A stretch of 64,000 nucleotides of DNA, taken from positions 156,599 through 220,598 of IMG/VR virus record IMGVR_UViG_3300037502_002993, one strand, 5' to 3'. A model generated the notes under the pieces. The model saw only the letters and a program-made list of their open reading frames with translations. It searched no databases and was not told the origin of the DNA. Shown in pieces: positions 20,323 through 29,871 of the stretch (its first letter is position 1; every line of letters starts with the position of its first letter). Made by a program: the position numbers and the translations under genes.

Positions 20323-21948
20323 TTAGTCGATCAACTCTTGAACGCCATCAATGAGTTCTTGTAGTTCTGGACGACGCTCTACCACGCCGTTGGCTTTCAA
20401 GCGCAAATAGGGATTCACGCGTGTCCGTCCATCGGGATGGGTCTTGGGTTGATTGTTAAACTGGCCAACTTCTGCAATGCTGGCATGCAGGCGTTTGGTG
20501 GGGTCGGTGATAAACCCTTTGTCGCTGTTGGGACTCTTCTTGGACTTCTCCTGGGGCACCGCCATGCAAGTGATGCGAAAGCACTTGTTATCCCCAGGGT
20601 AGGCGACGGTGTTGATCTCCCCGTGTTTACGAGTGAGATAACGCATCGCCGTTTTGGGTTTGATGTGTTTATTGAGCTCTTTATTGAGCTCCTCAAGCGT
20701 CCACTGTTTATCCCTTTGCGATTGAAACCGAAACGCAAAGTAGTTGATTGCGGCATTGAGCTCCTCTAGGACATAGCGCAGCACCGTATAGCGCTTGTTG
20801 TACATGGAGGCCTCTTCGCTGGACCGATGGAAGAAGTGCGGGGCCAGATCCGTCATGATCTTAAACAGCAACTCCCAGAAGTCCTTCACGTCGACATTAG
20901 CGTCCCGGAGCTCCTTACGAGTCAGGGAGTCCAGCATGTGCGACACACTGTCCAGGTGAACCGCAACGTTCTCAAGTGCTCGACCGCGGTGTTCAAAGTC
21001 ACCGGAGATCAAACGCCCAAGGAGCCACTGCCACAGTTCCACATTGTCAACGTCTTGCGGGTGACGAAAGTCACTGGGGAAGGTATCCACCACGTAGAAG
21101 AAACCTGCCACGAAACGTCGCACGGCTTCTGAATCGTCATCGCGCTTTACCATCAACACGATATCGCCCGTGGGGTGTTTCCCACTCAATACCAGGGATT
21201 CGTAAACCACCCAGCGTTCCCTAGGATATTTCTTACTGTCGAAGTCCTTGGCATAGCCCACCTTGACGTCGACCTTCAACCACTCCTTAAAGGTCTTCTT
21301 CACTCCCGACATGCAGTAGAAGTAATGCGGCAGGCAGGAGTTGATCTTACGTCGATTGTCAATTTGTGAGCTCTTGACATTTTTCATCTGGTAGTGGATA
21401 AGACTCCAGAAGACGTGTGAGATCTCGCGCTTGCCGTTGACAAAGAAGTGGTAGTCCTCTCGACGGAAGGTGAGTTTGGTGCGCTGGAAGCGTACGAACA
21501 AACTTCCCTGTGCCACAGAGTACCCCACATCGGCCATTACGGGAGCGATGTTGTACAGTGCCCCATTCAGCCAAAGTATACCCCCTGGTCTGACAAACGG
21601 CAAGATGATGCGCTTGTCATAAAGGTCTTGTCCCTTATAGCGAAACCGCAGCTTGATCATAAACTCATCACTTTGAGCGATGTTGGCTTTGCGTTTGGAC
21701 TTGTACTCCTTGGTGACTTCTTCAAACTGTTCCTGGGGACTGCAGGGTGCTGACCCCACATACTCAAATCCTTCAGGAAAGAAGTCGGTGTTGATACGAA
21801 CCAGTTCATCAATGTACTTGATCATCGAGAGGGTAAAGTCATCGTCAGATGCCTTTCCCATCATGTGCTCGACAGCGAGGCCATTGGTGATTGTCCGGTT
21901 AAAGTCTGGGGTAAGTCGATCGATCTGTTCGAGTAGATAGCGATCCAC
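20323..21948 (-). CDS. Non-virion RNA polymerase beta N-terminal subunit (phiKZ gp123-like), 541 aa
   Basis: GTG start with AGGAG SD; LPFVRPGG...NGALY, LHASIAEVGQF...PDGRTRVNPY; size and position match. Confidence 0.8.
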   Translation of the reverse strand: MDRYLLEQIDRLTPDFNRTITNGLAVEHMMGKASDDDFTLSMIKYIDELVRINTDFFPEGFEYVGSAPCSPQEQFEEVTKEYKSKRKANIAQSDEFMIKLRFRYKGQDLYDKRIILPFVRPGGILWLNGALYNIAPVMADVGYSVAQGSLFVRFQRTKLTFRREDYHFFVNGKREISHVFWSLIHYQMKNVKSSQIDNRRKINSCLPHYFYCMSGVKKTFKEWLKVDVKVGYAKDFDSKKYPRERWVVYESLVLSGKHPTGDIVLMVKRDDDSEAVRRFVAGFFYVVDTFPSDFRHPQDVDNVELWQWLLGRLISGDFEHRGRALENVAVHLDSVSHMLDSLTRKELRDANVDVKDFWELLFKIMTDLAPHFFHRSSEEASMYNKRYTVLRYVLEELNAAINYFAFRFQSQRDKQWTLEELNKELNKHIKPKTAMRYLTRKHGEINTVAYPGDNKCFRITCMAVPQEKSKKSPNSDKGFITDPTKRLHASIAEVGQFNNQPKTHPDGRTRVNPYLRLKANGVVERRPELQELIDGVQELID

Positions 21949-21971
21949 GAAGCTCTCCTGCGATTCTTGGG

Positions 21972-23219
21972 TTACGCCTGTCGTCCCCGTAGGTATTTGA
22001 TGGCACTGGCGACCAGTCCACTGACGATGATGATGCCTGCAATCAACTCCTTGGAGTTTTTCAGGAACTCCCCGACCTGACGCCATCTGGCATTGCGTTG
22101 GTCGCGTTCCATTTGTAATAATCGAAACTGACGATCCTTCTCTTTCAATTCCTCTTCCTTCTCCCGCATGCGCTCTTTGAACTCGCGTTCGCGCTCCTTC
22201 TCCTGGTATTCACTTTCCCGCCGCTTGTCTTCAAGATCCCGTCGCTCTAACTCCCACTCCCGCTTGTCTTTCTCATACTGGATTTTTCGTTCCAGTTCTT
22301 CGCGTTCCAAGCGTTTGAGGCGCTGTTTCAGCTCAAGCTCTTCAATCTTCTCGCGGCGTTTCATCACCTCATCGGGACTGCCCAGGGTCTCCGCTTGTGC
22401 CTTGGTGGCATAGAACCCGTTATCAGGTGTGATCTCACGAAAGTGTACCGTGTGGTTACGTTTCGGGTTAACCCCGCCATCTGTTACCGTACGGTATACC
22501 CCATCCTCAAGAGTGGGGTCTGCCGTGGGGATGAGTTCTCGCACCTCTCGACCATCATGCAGCCACACACTGCCGCACATACCACGATTGTCCACGTAGT
22601 AGTACTGTGTCGTGACTTCATTGTAGCGTTTGGTGATATCCAGAAGTCGTTTTGCCTGACCCTCACGTGAATAGGGATGCGGTACCTCATGGAGGAGCTC
22701 AGAAACCCCCACGATCAAGTCCAGGTCTTTCAGATAGATCACGCCATCGGCTTCCAGTATCATGGCCAGTGGGACAAAGAGTTCGTACTCAAATCCCGCT
22801 GACGCACTCACCCTCCGGGCATTGGGGTGATTGGGGTACCCCCCGTACTCGCTTGGGGCTCCGATGGTGTATACCGTTCCAATGATGCGATTGATCTCTG
22901 ACTTGAGGCGTTTGTTCTCCTCATTGGTTCTGAAGTGTTTAGTGCGGTCTATCTCATTCAGTAGTCCCTCAGGGTGAACTACCGCATGGGAGGCGAAGCT
23001 ATAGCTGACTCGAATGACGATTCCCTCGTCACCAAAACAGCCTGCGACGCCGTCCATCATAACGGCCATACCTAAAGCATTCTTCCAGAACAGCTGTCGT
23101 CTTGCGGTGCTCCAGATAGAAAGGGTGTGTCCGCATTGGTTCCAAGTTCCCCTTGCCGTCTCCCCCCCAATGCGGGGGGGGACCGATACCGTCGGGAAGC
23201 GATGGTTGATGTTACGCAT
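21972..23219 (-). CDS. Conserved protein with C-terminal charged coiled coil and hydrophobic tail (gp122 position)
   Basis: E/K/R-rich helical stretch followed by LIAGIIIVSGLVASAI; AGGAG SD. Confidence 0.65.
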   Translation of the reverse strand: MRNINHRFPTVSVPPRIGGETARGTWNQCGHTLSIWSTARRQLFWKNALGMAVMMDGVAGCFGDEGIVIRVSYSFASHAVVHPEGLLNEIDRTKHFRTNEENKRLKSEINRIIGTVYTIGAPSEYGGYPNHPNARRVSASAGFEYELFVPLAMILEADGVIYLKDLDLIVGVSELLHEVPHPYSREGQAKRLLDITKRYNEVTTQYYYVDNRGMCGSVWLHDGREVRELIPTADPTLEDGVYRTVTDGGVNPKRNHTVHFREITPDNGFYATKAQAETLGSPDEVMKRREKIEELELKQRLKRLEREELERKIQYEKDKREWELERRDLEDKRRESEYQEKEREREFKERMREKEEELKEKDRQFRLLQMERDQRNARWRQVGEFLKNSKELIAGIIIVSGLVASAIKYLRGRQA

Positions 23220-23240
23220 GACGTCGCTCCTGACGGTCAG

Positions 23241-24194
23241 TTAGTAAAAGAGACTCTCTCCGTTATAGCGGACATTGAGGAGGTGGAGTTCGTCGAGGCC
23301 AACCGTTTGAATCGCCCGGCGTTTCTTCTTGCGCTTTTGGCTTTTTGAAACTGGCGACTGAACACCGCCTTTGGAGTGTCCTCCAGCCGGTCCGACCTTG
23401 GGTCGAGTGGGGCGGCTGGTATTATCCCCTCCCGACCGGGGGCTTTTTTGCTGATCTTCCCCGGACGGAGATACGGGGCTTGACTGCGTTCCGCTCTCCA
23501 GCGCATGCACGTCTCCGGTAGTAACTGGCTGGGGGGAGGGTTGGCTCTCCTGGGAGTCGGTCCGCACACTGTGGATGGTAGCGTGGGACCGATCGACAAA
23601 AGGGCCAACATCGTCCGTGTAGACGATCTCAGGGGTGATCTCGGCCACCTTGGCGTGAGCACAGTAGGCCCAGGTGGCGTAGTGGACCTTAAGGGTCTCT
23701 CCAGTAGCCAAGCTGCGGCACTTGCGCTTCCATTCCTTGATGACGACCTTAGGGATACCAAAGGCCTTACCTAACTCGTCCCCCAGTACCGCAATGTCAC
23801 GCCGGGTGGTCTTTGCTTTGGTAGTGAGTGTCCAGGTAACCCCTTTAAGGATGGTGATGGAGCGGCGGGCATCATCCACCTTACGGAAAGGCTCTCGCTG
23901 GATGTGCCAATCCAAATGGGCCAGAAGCTCCTCATCCCGCACCGCTTTCTTTTCACACTCCTGCGCCTGCGGGACTTCCTCTTCCTTAGGGGACTCTTCA
24001 GCCGGTGTCACCTCCCCATCACCCGCCGTTGGGGTAGATGGAGGTGGCGTAGGGCCCTGACCTCCATCCTCGTTGTCATCCCGACGGTAGGTGCCAATGG
24101 CAATGCCATCCGGTCCCTGGGGGCGTTTTATATACCCCACTGCCAGGGTACCCAGCGCTACTGCACCTAATGCGAGTTTTGCATAGAGGTTCAT
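23241..24194 (-). CDS. Hypothetical membrane-anchored protein
   Basis: N-terminal hydrophobic segment, low-complexity linkers, GGAG SD, upstream promoter-like motif. Confidence 0.65.
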   Translation of the reverse strand: MNLYAKLALGAVALGTLAVGYIKRPQGPDGIAIGTYRRDDNEDGGQGPTPPPSTPTAGDGEVTPAEESPKEEEVPQAQECEKKAVRDEELLAHLDWHIQREPFRKVDDARRSITILKGVTWTLTTKAKTTRRDIAVLGDELGKAFGIPKVVIKEWKRKCRSLATGETLKVHYATWAYCAHAKVAEITPEIVYTDDVGPFVDRSHATIHSVRTDSQESQPSPQPVTTGDVHALESGTQSSPVSPSGEDQQKSPRSGGDNTSRPTRPKVGPAGGHSKGGVQSPVSKSQKRKKKRRAIQTVGLDELHLLNVRYNGESLFY

Positions 24195-24301
24195 GGTCTA
24201 CATCTCCAAGACATATTGATTGACACTCCCCCTACTTTAGGAGGGGGTTTTACGGCCACAACTGATAAAGGGAACTGATCAGGTTCCCATAGCTCCTGGA
24301 T

Positions 24302-24316
24302 GATGTAGATGTGAAA
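24302..24316 (-). promoter_or_regulatory. Putative early promoter (variant copy)
   Basis: TTTCACATCTACATC on the minus strand, similar to the copies at 25516 and 35327. Confidence 0.45.
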
Positions 24317-24781
24317 TCTGTTTCCATGCATAGGGCATAATACCAGCCCTTTAGAGGCTGGCTTCTATTGGTTTGCTTCTATTCAGTAAAATACTGCTAT
24401 GTTTCCATCATAAGAGGGGGGTTTATTTATAAAAGAATAAAAGGGGGCCCTCCAGGCCCCCCGAAACAGGGCTCTCCTTCGCTTTCGCTCAGTCGGCTTT
24501 TATCCAAATTATAAATATTTTCAGTATTTTTCTACATCAAAAGAAAAACGAATAAGGAGGATTGAGCATAAAGCTCAATCGAATCTAGAAGGTCAAAAGC
24601 CTGTACGGTGTCTTCAACAACGGATTGTCCTCAAAGATGGGATCAACCCAATGAGGACAATCCGATTGTTTATTCATCGAAACCCCTTAGTTGTGCTAAC
24701 GCACCTTACCAAGGGCTGGGAGTGACGCCGCGGCCCGGCGCGCGGATTTTCAGGCTAAAGTAAGGACAGTGCTATAGTCCA

Positions 24782-24895
24782 ATGATATCCCCCCTGACTG
24801 ATAAGGATTATGTTGTTATGAATGAGAGCGGGTTGACGTTTGCCACTATTGAAGATCTGGCTAAGGCACTCGATGAGGCCTTACGGGAGTATTAA
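24782..24895 (+). CDS. Possible 37-aa acidic peptide MISPLTDKDYVVMNESGLTFATIEDLAKALDEALREY
   Basis: Open frame with AAGGA upstream and a plus-strand hairpin+TTTATGTCG at 24948-24979. Confidence 0.35.
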   Translation: MISPLTDKDYVVMNESGLTFATIEDLAKALDEALREY

Positions 24896-24947
24896 GACAC
24901 TGTTGGCTCAGTAGCTGTTATAGTAAACAAAAAAGAATAGCAAGCAT

Positions 24948-24979
24948 CAGGGGACCCCGAAGGGTCCCTGTTTATGTCG
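24948..24979. terminator. Hairpin plus TTTATGTCG, with an A-tract on the other side
   Basis: GGGACCC-CGAA-GGGTCCC. Confidence 0.7.
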
Positions 24980-24988
24980 TCGATGTGA

Positions 24989-25207
24989 TCACTCTTCTGA
25001 CTGGATTGCCTCGCTAAAACAGACGCCAGCTAAGGCTACACCCACCACCCCACTTACCCCTGTCAGGACATAACCTTTAATCGCTTCTGTGCGAGTGATG
25101 AGGCCAGCCTTTTGCATTTTGTGGATGCGCTTGGCAGCCATGCCGGACATACCAACCAAACCCAGGCTACCGATACCGGTTGCCGCATTCGTGATACGAT
25201 TCAACAT
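24989..25207 (-). CDS. Small two-helix membrane protein, paralog A
   Basis: AGGAG SD; KMQKAGLITRTE between two hydrophobic segments. Confidence 0.7.
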   Translation of the reverse strand: MLNRITNAATGIGSLGLVGMSGMAAKRIHKMQKAGLITRTEAIKGYVLTGVSGVVGVALAGVCFSEAIQSEE

Positions 25208-25253
25208 GATACTCTCCTTCCTTTTGATTTTTCGAAAGTGTTCAGGGGATGGA

Positions 25254-25469
25254 TCAATCCCCGTTCACCATGTCCTTAATGGACACCACCACACCTGTCG
25301 CATTGGCCACGGTCAGTGAGCCAAAGGTGGCGTAGAGAAGGACCCCCTCCGTCCGACTGATCACGCCTGCTTTACGCAACTTGCGGGTGCGGCGTACACC
25401 GTCGACAGACAGTGCAGTGCAGACAGAACCGATGGTGATGCCGATGGCATTTCCGATGACGTTGTTCAT
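25254..25469 (-). CDS. Small two-helix membrane protein, paralog B
   Basis: GGAG SD; KLRKAGVISRTE between two hydrophobic segments. Confidence 0.7.
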   Translation of the reverse strand: MNNVIGNAIGITIGSVCTALSVDGVRRTRKLRKAGVISRTEGVLLYATFGSLTVANATGVVVSIKDMVNGD

Positions 25470-25515
25470 GGTAACTCTCCAGGACTTTTTGATTTTTCGT
25501 GGTGGGATTTCACAT

Positions 25516-25534
25516 TCAGGATATAGATGTGAAA
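25516..25534 (-). promoter_or_regulatory. Putative early (virion RNAP) promoter
   Basis: TTTCACATCTATATCCTGA upstream of small accessory genes; near-identical copy at 35327-35345. Confidence 0.55.
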
Positions 25535-25766
25535 AACGTTTGGATTAAGCTAATAAAGGGAAATGTATCCTACACTACCCTCTATATCGCTCTATACGCC
25601 GTTTTGAGACGTTTTAATGGGGTTACCTGAACCAAGGTACTGGGTTGGGTAAATGAAGGCTTAGGAGCGAGTATACGAGGTATTTGATAAGTACGGCATA
25701 AAAGCCCCCAGAGGGGGCTAACTTGGGTTGTATAGCGACTTTAACAGATTATAGTGTCATGAGATC

Positions 25767-26210
25767 TCACTGCGAAGCTTTCTCTTCATGTCGTCCACCT
25801 GTTCCTGTGACGTTGGGTGTCCTCACCCGCTCGACAATACCTTCCACTACCCCACCGCCAAAGTACAGTGACAGCACAAGAATGGCAGGCCACTCTAAGG
25901 TATCGCGGTTGAGGTTTGCAATCTCAACAGCCACCTCACGAATAGTGTCACCAAGCTCACTCCCCATAAAGAAAACAGAGCTCACCATCAACATGGCACA
26001 GATAGCCCACACCCCTACATAGGTGAGGCTTACCAGCAGTGCGAGGAAACGTTGGATGAGCTTAAAGGGTTCATAGCTTCTAAACAAAGCTCTGGCACTT
26101 TCGGCCCTTTCGGTGGTCGTAAAGTGTTCTGCTTTACTGCCCGCGAGTTTCTCATACACCTCACGCACTATCTCTTCATGACCGAAGAGACGTTTTAGTA
26201 ACGTCCTCAT
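25767..26210 (-). CDS. Putative holin-like membrane protein
   Basis: FTTTERAE...YEPFKLIQRFLALL followed by two transmembrane segments. Confidence 0.5.
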   Translation of the reverse strand: MRTLLKRLFGHEEIVREVYEKLAGSKAEHFTTTERAESARALFRSYEPFKLIQRFLALLVSLTYVGVWAICAMLMVSSVFFMGSELGDTIREVAVEIANLNRDTLEWPAILVLSLYFGGGVVEGIVERVRTPNVTGTGGRHEEKASQ

Positions 26211-26212
26211 AT

Positions 26213-26611
26213 CTACCACTCCACCCAATTGGGGTTAGAATAACCCTCCTTACCGGTAGTGGGCTGACGAAGTCCCCGAACGTAGGTGTCTTTAATGTTC
26301 TTGGATTGCGTTTCCCACTTGAGGTTACTCTTGGCATTATTCAACCGATCGTCATCTTGATGACATCCTACCTCGCCCGCTTTAGGGGGACCATAGAACG
26401 CACGACAGACTAAATCATGCACATAGCAGAGTTTCCTTCCTTCCCCTACCTTCACACTCACACGACGATACTGCCCCGCAACTCCCCCCAATGTAATCTT
26501 CTCACTCTCCTTAAGAAACACCTCTCCCTTTTTATTGACCAGTACCTGGGGATAGCCCGGCACTGTGTAAAACCCTTTGGGCTTCTCTACCGCCTTGGGT
26601 GTGAAGGCCAT
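26213..26611 (-). CDS. Free-standing HNH endonuclease
   Basis: VHDLVCRAFYGP...CHQDDDRLNNAKSNLKWETQSKN. Confidence 0.85.
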   Translation of the reverse strand: MAFTPKAVEKPKGFYTVPGYPQVLVNKKGEVFLKESEKITLGGVAGQYRRVSVKVGEGRKLCYVHDLVCRAFYGPPKAGEVGCHQDDDRLNNAKSNLKWETQSKNIKDTYVRGLRQPTTGKEGYSNPNWVEW

Positions 26612-26679
26612 GTCTCCCCCTTGTTCTTAACGGCAGAATGGCCGCCCCGGAGGGCGGCCATTCCATGGCACCACTCATC

Positions 26680-26967
26680 TTAGAGTTCCGAATACCGAGG
26701 AGTGCCGTCTTCCGTTGTTCGCATCTCCCCGTCTTCGGTTAACCGAAGCTCTACCACAGTCACCTCGGCTTCCAGTCCAGCCACCCGCAGCGTAACACTA
26801 CCAGGCGCCAGTGCAGTGACCACCCCACTGGAGTCGACAATGGCGGTACCATCATCAGGTTCCAACATCCAAGTAACATCACTCGGAGTGTTTCCCACCT
26901 CATCGGTAAGGGAGAACGCTTGGCTCTCCCCAACGGTCAATGTTACTGCTGTGGGCTCTAAGGTGAG
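26680..26967 (-). CDS. Ig-like (Big_2) domain in frame with the major capsid protein, directly after its TAA
   Basis: LTLEPTAVTLTVGESQAF...VTW...AIVDSSGVVTALAPGSVTLRV; no SD before the TTG at 26940. Confidence 0.75.
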   Translation of the reverse strand, partial: LTLEPTAVTLTVGESQAFSLTDEVGNTPSDVTWMLEPDDGTAIVDSSGVVTALAPGSVTLRVAGLEAEVTVVELRLTEDGEMRTTEDGTPRYSEL

Positions 26968-29229
26968 TTAACCCGCAGGCGGCTCTTCTACCGGCTCTTC
27001 CGGAGTGGTCGGAGCTGCGCTGCCACCGCCGATACGGGCGTTGAACTGCGACAGGCTCATGACCTCTTCCAGACCTTCCACGTCGATCTCCAGCGCGAAC
27101 GGGATGTTGTTGACGTGCAGGTTGAAGGGCACGGCGGCGATCTCACGAGAGATCTGACCATGACGAGAGATCGGCAGGTCGGCCACGATGGTCGGCACGT
27201 AGTAGAAGGTACCCCAGTTCAGGATATCGTTCTCCACGGGCTTCTCACGGGTCAGGATGACCACGATCTTACCGTCCATCCGCTCGTTGTTGGTGGCAAC
27301 GATGTCGTACTTCAGGTAGGCACCGAGGGCACGGTCGTCACCAGAGTGCATCAGGTAGTTGGCGATATCAGAAGAGGTCAGGATGACCGCCTTCGGACGC
27401 TCGTCAGCATTGCCGGTGATGGTCTGGAACGCCGCCTGGATGTTCGAGTCGCGATAAGCGGTGAACATCATGGAGCGGATCACGTTCAGGATGGACTCAC
27501 AGACATCCTTGAAGCGGTCTTGGCTCTTGATGGAGTCGACTGCATCACGCAGATCCAGAGACGCATGACGGTAGGTCGGACGCATCACGGCGGACAGAGC
27601 CCCTTCCACCTGACCGAACTTCGGACGGGTGAAACCAGCACCTACGTACTCACGCAGCTGGGCACAGTAGTTCAGCAGGCGAGTCACGGCGTTGGCGGAG
27701 TTGCGCACGTTGGTGGCGGCGGTCAGGAACTTGACCACATCGCCCGGACCGGCTTCGTCCATGGTGGACATCGGCAGGGTGATCGGCGCATGCATCGGGA
27801 TCGGGTAGCGGAACTGCAGGGCACGGGTCTGCAGCAGCTGACCGCGGTTACGACGGTTGGTGTTGGTGAAACGGGCGTCGAGCTCGTAGCCCACCACAGC
27901 CATGTCACCGAGGGCAGTGATCATAGCGGCAACCGCACCGCCGGTCAGGGCCAGAGAGGTACCTTCCTCGTCGTACACGCGGCTGACTTCCACCGGGCTC
28001 GGGGAGAGGTACAGGCTGCCCTTGGACAGGGACACAGTACCGGACATCTGCACGGACACACGAACGCTCCAACCAGCCGGAACGTTTGCCAGGGCAGTGC
28101 CTTCCACGGTGGTGGTGTCGGCAGTGATCAGCAGGTCGTCTGACATGAACGCCAGGTTGGCGTTACGGGTATCAGACTGCAGGGCCGGTTGGAAGACAGC
28201 GGTCGGCATACGGCGCACGTTGAAGCGCACCACGCCATCGCCAGTCTGCACATACAGGCTCTTCAGCCACATGGCGCTGTCCAGGGTATCGGAGATATCC
28301 AGGTAGTGGCCATTCAGCAGCTGCTGCTGGTTGGAGATACCGATCAGGTTCAGCTTGGTGTTCGGACGCAGCGGAGCAGTGCGCACCGGGCCGGTGTTGG
28401 GGTGCTCGACTTCGATCGGCGCGACCAGGCCTGCCGGGATGAAGTACTGGGTGTTGTCATCCTGCTCGTTGACCACCGGGATACAGGCAGTGCTGAAGTC
28501 TTCCAGAATGGACGGATCACGGAAGGCTTCGACCAGGTTGACTTCCTGGGTGTCGAACAGCGCGCCAGTGGTCTGGTGATAGACATCACGCATCACGGCG
28601 ACGTAGGTCAGGTTCTGGGTCACACCACCTTCGGTCGGGTTCACGACCACGGTCGGGTAGGCGGCTTCACCGAAGGCATCCTGACGGGCGGCGGTCAGGC
28701 TGTAGCCGACAGAGACCACACGGAAGTCACGCTGGGACTTCTCGTTGTAGTTCTCCATGGCGGCTTTGGCATCGGAAACGGTCATCAGAGAACCAGCCGG
28801 GCCATCCAGCATCGGACGCACGTTGATCACGTTCGGATCAGCGGATTCCACAGCCACGGCCATCTTGGCCATGTTGTTGCGCCACTGGCGGGCGTTGGTC
28901 AGCGCCGCTTGGGTCAGCAGGGCGGCAGTGATCTGGTTGGAGGCCACGCGATCGGCATCAGCACCACGACCCTGGTTGTAGTGCTCAAAGCCCACGCTCG
29001 GATCACCGAGGATGTCTTCCAGCGCACGGTACATACCCTGGATCTCTTCACCCAGGTGACCATCGACGTCGCCGAAACCTTCCAGGGCGGCGGAGAAGTG
29101 CTCAGCGCCAACGCTCAGTTGACCGGCTTGGGTGCCGTCGATCTGCTCGTAGGACTTGGCGAAGGCGCTCAGGTTAAAGTGGGCAGACGTGCGATCCCGC
29201 TTGCCCATCAGGAAGTTCTTGATGCTCAT
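26968..29229 (-). CDS. Major capsid protein (phiKZ gp120-like)
   Basis: 753 aa, strong codon bias, ARQDAFGEAAYPTVVV, PFNLHVNNIPFAL; N-terminal ALE/AVE/AME candidate protease sites. Confidence 0.9.
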   Translation of the reverse strand: MSIKNFLMGKRDRTSAHFNLSAFAKSYEQIDGTQAGQLSVGAEHFSAALEGFGDVDGHLGEEIQGMYRALEDILGDPSVGFEHYNQGRGADADRVASNQITAALLTQAALTNARQWRNNMAKMAVAVESADPNVINVRPMLDGPAGSLMTVSDAKAAMENYNEKSQRDFRVVSVGYSLTAARQDAFGEAAYPTVVVNPTEGGVTQNLTYVAVMRDVYHQTTGALFDTQEVNLVEAFRDPSILEDFSTACIPVVNEQDDNTQYFIPAGLVAPIEVEHPNTGPVRTAPLRPNTKLNLIGISNQQQLLNGHYLDISDTLDSAMWLKSLYVQTGDGVVRFNVRRMPTAVFQPALQSDTRNANLAFMSDDLLITADTTTVEGTALANVPAGWSVRVSVQMSGTVSLSKGSLYLSPSPVEVSRVYDEEGTSLALTGGAVAAMITALGDMAVVGYELDARFTNTNRRNRGQLLQTRALQFRYPIPMHAPITLPMSTMDEAGPGDVVKFLTAATNVRNSANAVTRLLNYCAQLREYVGAGFTRPKFGQVEGALSAVMRPTYRHASLDLRDAVDSIKSQDRFKDVCESILNVIRSMMFTAYRDSNIQAAFQTITGNADERPKAVILTSSDIANYLMHSGDDRALGAYLKYDIVATNNERMDGKIVVILTREKPVENDILNWGTFYYVPTIVADLPISRHGQISREIAAVPFNLHVNNIPFALEIDVEGLEEVMSLSQFNARIGGGSAAPTTPEEPVEEPPAG

Positions 29230-29331
29230 GTGGTATACCTTTTGCAAAAGGATTGGTATGTTGAAGAAACGTTTGAGTTTGCTTACCGTTCTCTGTAATC
29301 ACCACCTTTATGTCAGTATCAAGGAATGACC

Positions 29332-29871
29332 TCAATCCAACGGCAGGGATTTCAGATAATAGGAAAACAAATTGGTCTTGCTCATTCGTTCAAAGGAGAA
29401 CGTGTGCAGGACCTGAGCGATCATCGCATCGAAGAACGCTCGATTGTACGAGAGCTGCATGCTGTCAGGATCGCCTTCTTCATGGCGTGACCTCTGCCAC
29501 ACCACGACCCAGAACGTCTCGTCTACCACATCCAGGGAGTATACAGGAATGGTTACCGCATCTCCCATTTGGAAATCTGTTTCATACCGTAGTTGCAGGG
29601 TTTCTACCCGCTGTTGAACACGATCCTTAAGCGGCTCGTCATCCAGCAGTTGTTTCAGTGGTGAGGGCACCAACTGAATGTCCAGTTCTCGATCAAACGA
29701 GAAGGGGAAGTAACGCATCCCGAGTTCAATATCCGCTAGATCATCCGCACTGAGGACCTTGGTCATGCGGTTGATGGAGCGGAGTTCTTGGAGTGACACC
29801 CCTTCGTCTTTAAGACTTCGGTAGGTGTCATCAGAAATCACCAAGACCTGTGGCATGGCCAAGACTCCCAT
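29332..29871 (-). CDS. Virion protein upstream of capsid (gp119 position); start uncertain
   Basis: ORF between DnaB and capsid genes; synteny only. Confidence 0.6.
   Translation of the reverse strand: MGVLAMPQVLVISDDTYRSLKDEGVSLQELRSINRMTKVLSADDLADIELGMRYFPFSFDRELDIQLVPSPLKQLLDDEPLKDRVQQRVETLQLRYETDFQMGDAVTIPVYSLDVVDETFWVVVWQRSRHEEGDPDSMQLSYNRAFFDAMIAQVLHTFSFERMSKTNLFSYYLKSLPLD

Noticed and set aside
27115-29298. Long plus-strand ORFs (342 and 369 aa) opposite the capsid gene
   Set aside because: Antisense artefact of strong codon bias; no SD or recognisable motifs.
29301-29310. 10-nt match (ACCACCTTTA) to the predicted TnpB guide upstream of the capsid gene
   Set aside because: The first four seed positions are mostly mismatched; probably chance.
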